This document shows, in pieces, positions 15,351 to 16,423 of a DNA stretch of 16,423 nt (position 1 is its first letter; every line of letters starts with the position of its first letter). Both the position numbers and the translations under genes were made by a program. Source of the DNA: Bdellovibrionota bacterium (GTDB lineage: Bacteria > Bdellovibrionota > UBA1018 > UBA923). Location of the stretch: the NCBI GenBank assembly GCA_040754655.1, contig JBFMCE010000087.1, positions 1 to 16,423 on the forward strand. The letters run 5' to 3'. The notes under the pieces were generated by a model. The model saw only the letters and a list, made by a program, of their open reading frames with translations. It searched no databases and had not been told where the DNA came from.

Positions 15351-15734
15351 CTAGGAGCGGCAGTGTTTTTCGATCAATCCAATGAGGTCATCGAGTTCGA
15401 TGGGTTTTCTGAGAAAACCTTCGGCAGGTTCCTGAAGCCTGGCGTCTCGAATTGCCGACATCACATACACTGGAACGCCTAAAAGAGCGGGATGATGGTT
15501 CCTCTCCCGCAAGAATTGCCATCCGTCCATCACGGGCATCATGATGTCGAGCAAGATAAGTTGGGGAAGCACCGAGAAAGAGTTTAGAAGATTCAATGCC
15601 GCCCGGCCATTTTCGGCGCACAAGACCCTGAGACCTTCCGCCTCTACCACTGACGCTAGGGACTGCCGGATATCGGTGTCATCTTCAACAACCATGATCG
15701 TGCCATGATTTTGAAAGGGGACAGCCAAAGTCAT
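15351..15734 (-). CDS. Single-domain response regulator (CheY-like receiver)
   Basis: Motifs IMVVEDD, AENGRAAL, LILLDIMMPVMDGWQFL (phospho-acceptor Asp), PVYVMSA and FLRKP. ATG 15734 with upstream GGAGG is preferred; the track starts at GTG 15767. Confidence 0.9.
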   Translation of the reverse strand: MTLAVPFQNHGTIMVVEDDTDIRQSLASVVEAEGLRVLCAENGRAALNLLNSFSVLPQLILLDIMMPVMDGWQFLRERNHHPALLGVPVYVMSAIRDARLQEPAEGFLRKPIELDDLIGLIEKHCRS

Positions 15735-15889
15735 TTTTCCATCTGCCTCCCTGAGCTTATGCTGCACACGGTAAGCCAGATAAGAGGCTAAATATTTGAT
15801 TTTTTGTCAGGCGCATGGCGTGCCGGCTTAAAAACGATGCAGTCCGAAAACAGCTAGTACGGGCTTTCAAAAGAGGCTAGTTTGCCCTC

Positions 15890-16423
15890 ATGACCAAGGA
15901 AGACATTTACTACGAAGCCATGCTAGCCCGTGATCACAGGTTCGATGGCAAGTTCTTCATCGGCGTCAAAACAACCGGAATTTACTGCAGGCCGATTTGT
16001 CCGGCCAAACCAAAACGGCGGAATGTAGAGTTTTTTCCGAATCACCTTGCTGCGGAACGAGCGGGATACAGACCTTGCCTTCGCTGCCGCCCCGAGAGCG
16101 CACCTCGGTCGCCTGCCTGGATCGGCAAGTCCGCAATCGTCCAGCGCGCGATCAAGATGATCCATGATTGTGAAGCGATCGAGTTTGATGAAGACCGTTT
16201 TGCAAGTCTGTTCGGCGTCACCGCCAGGCACTTACGAAGGGTCTTCGTTGAAGAGGTCGGAAAGACGCCAAAACAGCTTTCTTTTGAGAATAGGTTGAAT
16301 CTGGCCCGTAAACTTTTGATTGAGACGGCATTGCCGGTTACGCAGATCGCGTTCGCGTCGGGATTCAACTCCATCCGCCGGTTCAACGACGCTTTCAAAG
16401 ACCGATTCAAAAAAAGCCCGAGC
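15890..16423 (+). CDS. Ada-type protein (Zn-binding Ada domain plus AraC HTH; probably an AdaA-AlkA fusion), truncated by the window end
   Basis: Not in the ORF track because there is no stop in the window. Manual translation gives MTKEDIYYEAMLARDHRFDGKFFIGVKTTGIYCRPICPAKPKRRNVEFF...GYRPCLRCRPE (four Zn-binding Cys), then AraC HTH motifs RHLRRVF.EEVGKTP and IAFASGFNSIRRFNDAFK. Confidence 0.92.
   Translation, partial: MTKEDIYYEAMLARDHRFDGKFFIGVKTTGIYCRPICPAKPKRRNVEFFPNHLAAERAGYRPCLRCRPESAPRSPAWIGKSAIVQRAIKMIHDCEAIEFDEDRFASLFGVTARHLRRVFVEEVGKTPKQLSFENRLNLARKLLIETALPVTQIAFASGFNSIRRFNDAFKDRFKKSPS

Noticed and set aside
264..15621. Remaining short overlapping or antisense ORFs in the track
   Set aside because: They lie within well-supported genes and show no motifs or translation signals.
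15923..16410. Minus-strand ORFs 15923-16231 and 16042-16410
   Set aside because: They are antisense shadows of the plus-strand Ada-type gene starting at 15890.

Overview
Bacterial chromosomal window, about 50% GC and gene-dense, with no rRNA, tRNA, CRISPR array or intact mobile element recognised. Gene order: yebC-family gene; LysR regulator divergent from yceI and ygiD (extradiol dioxygenase); a small leader ORF followed by a tightly spaced secD-secF-MMPL(RND)-CDF cluster; a small basic protein; pirin and a YegD-like Hsp70 (minus strand); a tRNA dihydrouridine synthase; an orphan ORF; an erythromycin-esterase-family protein; a single-domain response regulator; and the 5' part of an Ada-type gene missing from the ORF track. 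The most interesting element is the 121-aa ORF upstream of secD (3472-3837). It has an N-terminal signal/TM-like segment and a C-terminal RGPP motif, the architecture of a translation-arrest 'monitoring substrate' (SecM/VemP/ApdA/ApdP-like). Its RGPP codons are exactly complementary (8 nt) to the 5' arm of a GC-rich hairpin just upstream of the secD Shine-Dalgarno, suggesting a stall-controlled RNA switch. Four genes, including this ORF, share a TAnnnT-N6-start pattern typical of leaderless mRNAs. All family calls come from motif recognition by eye; no searches were run.
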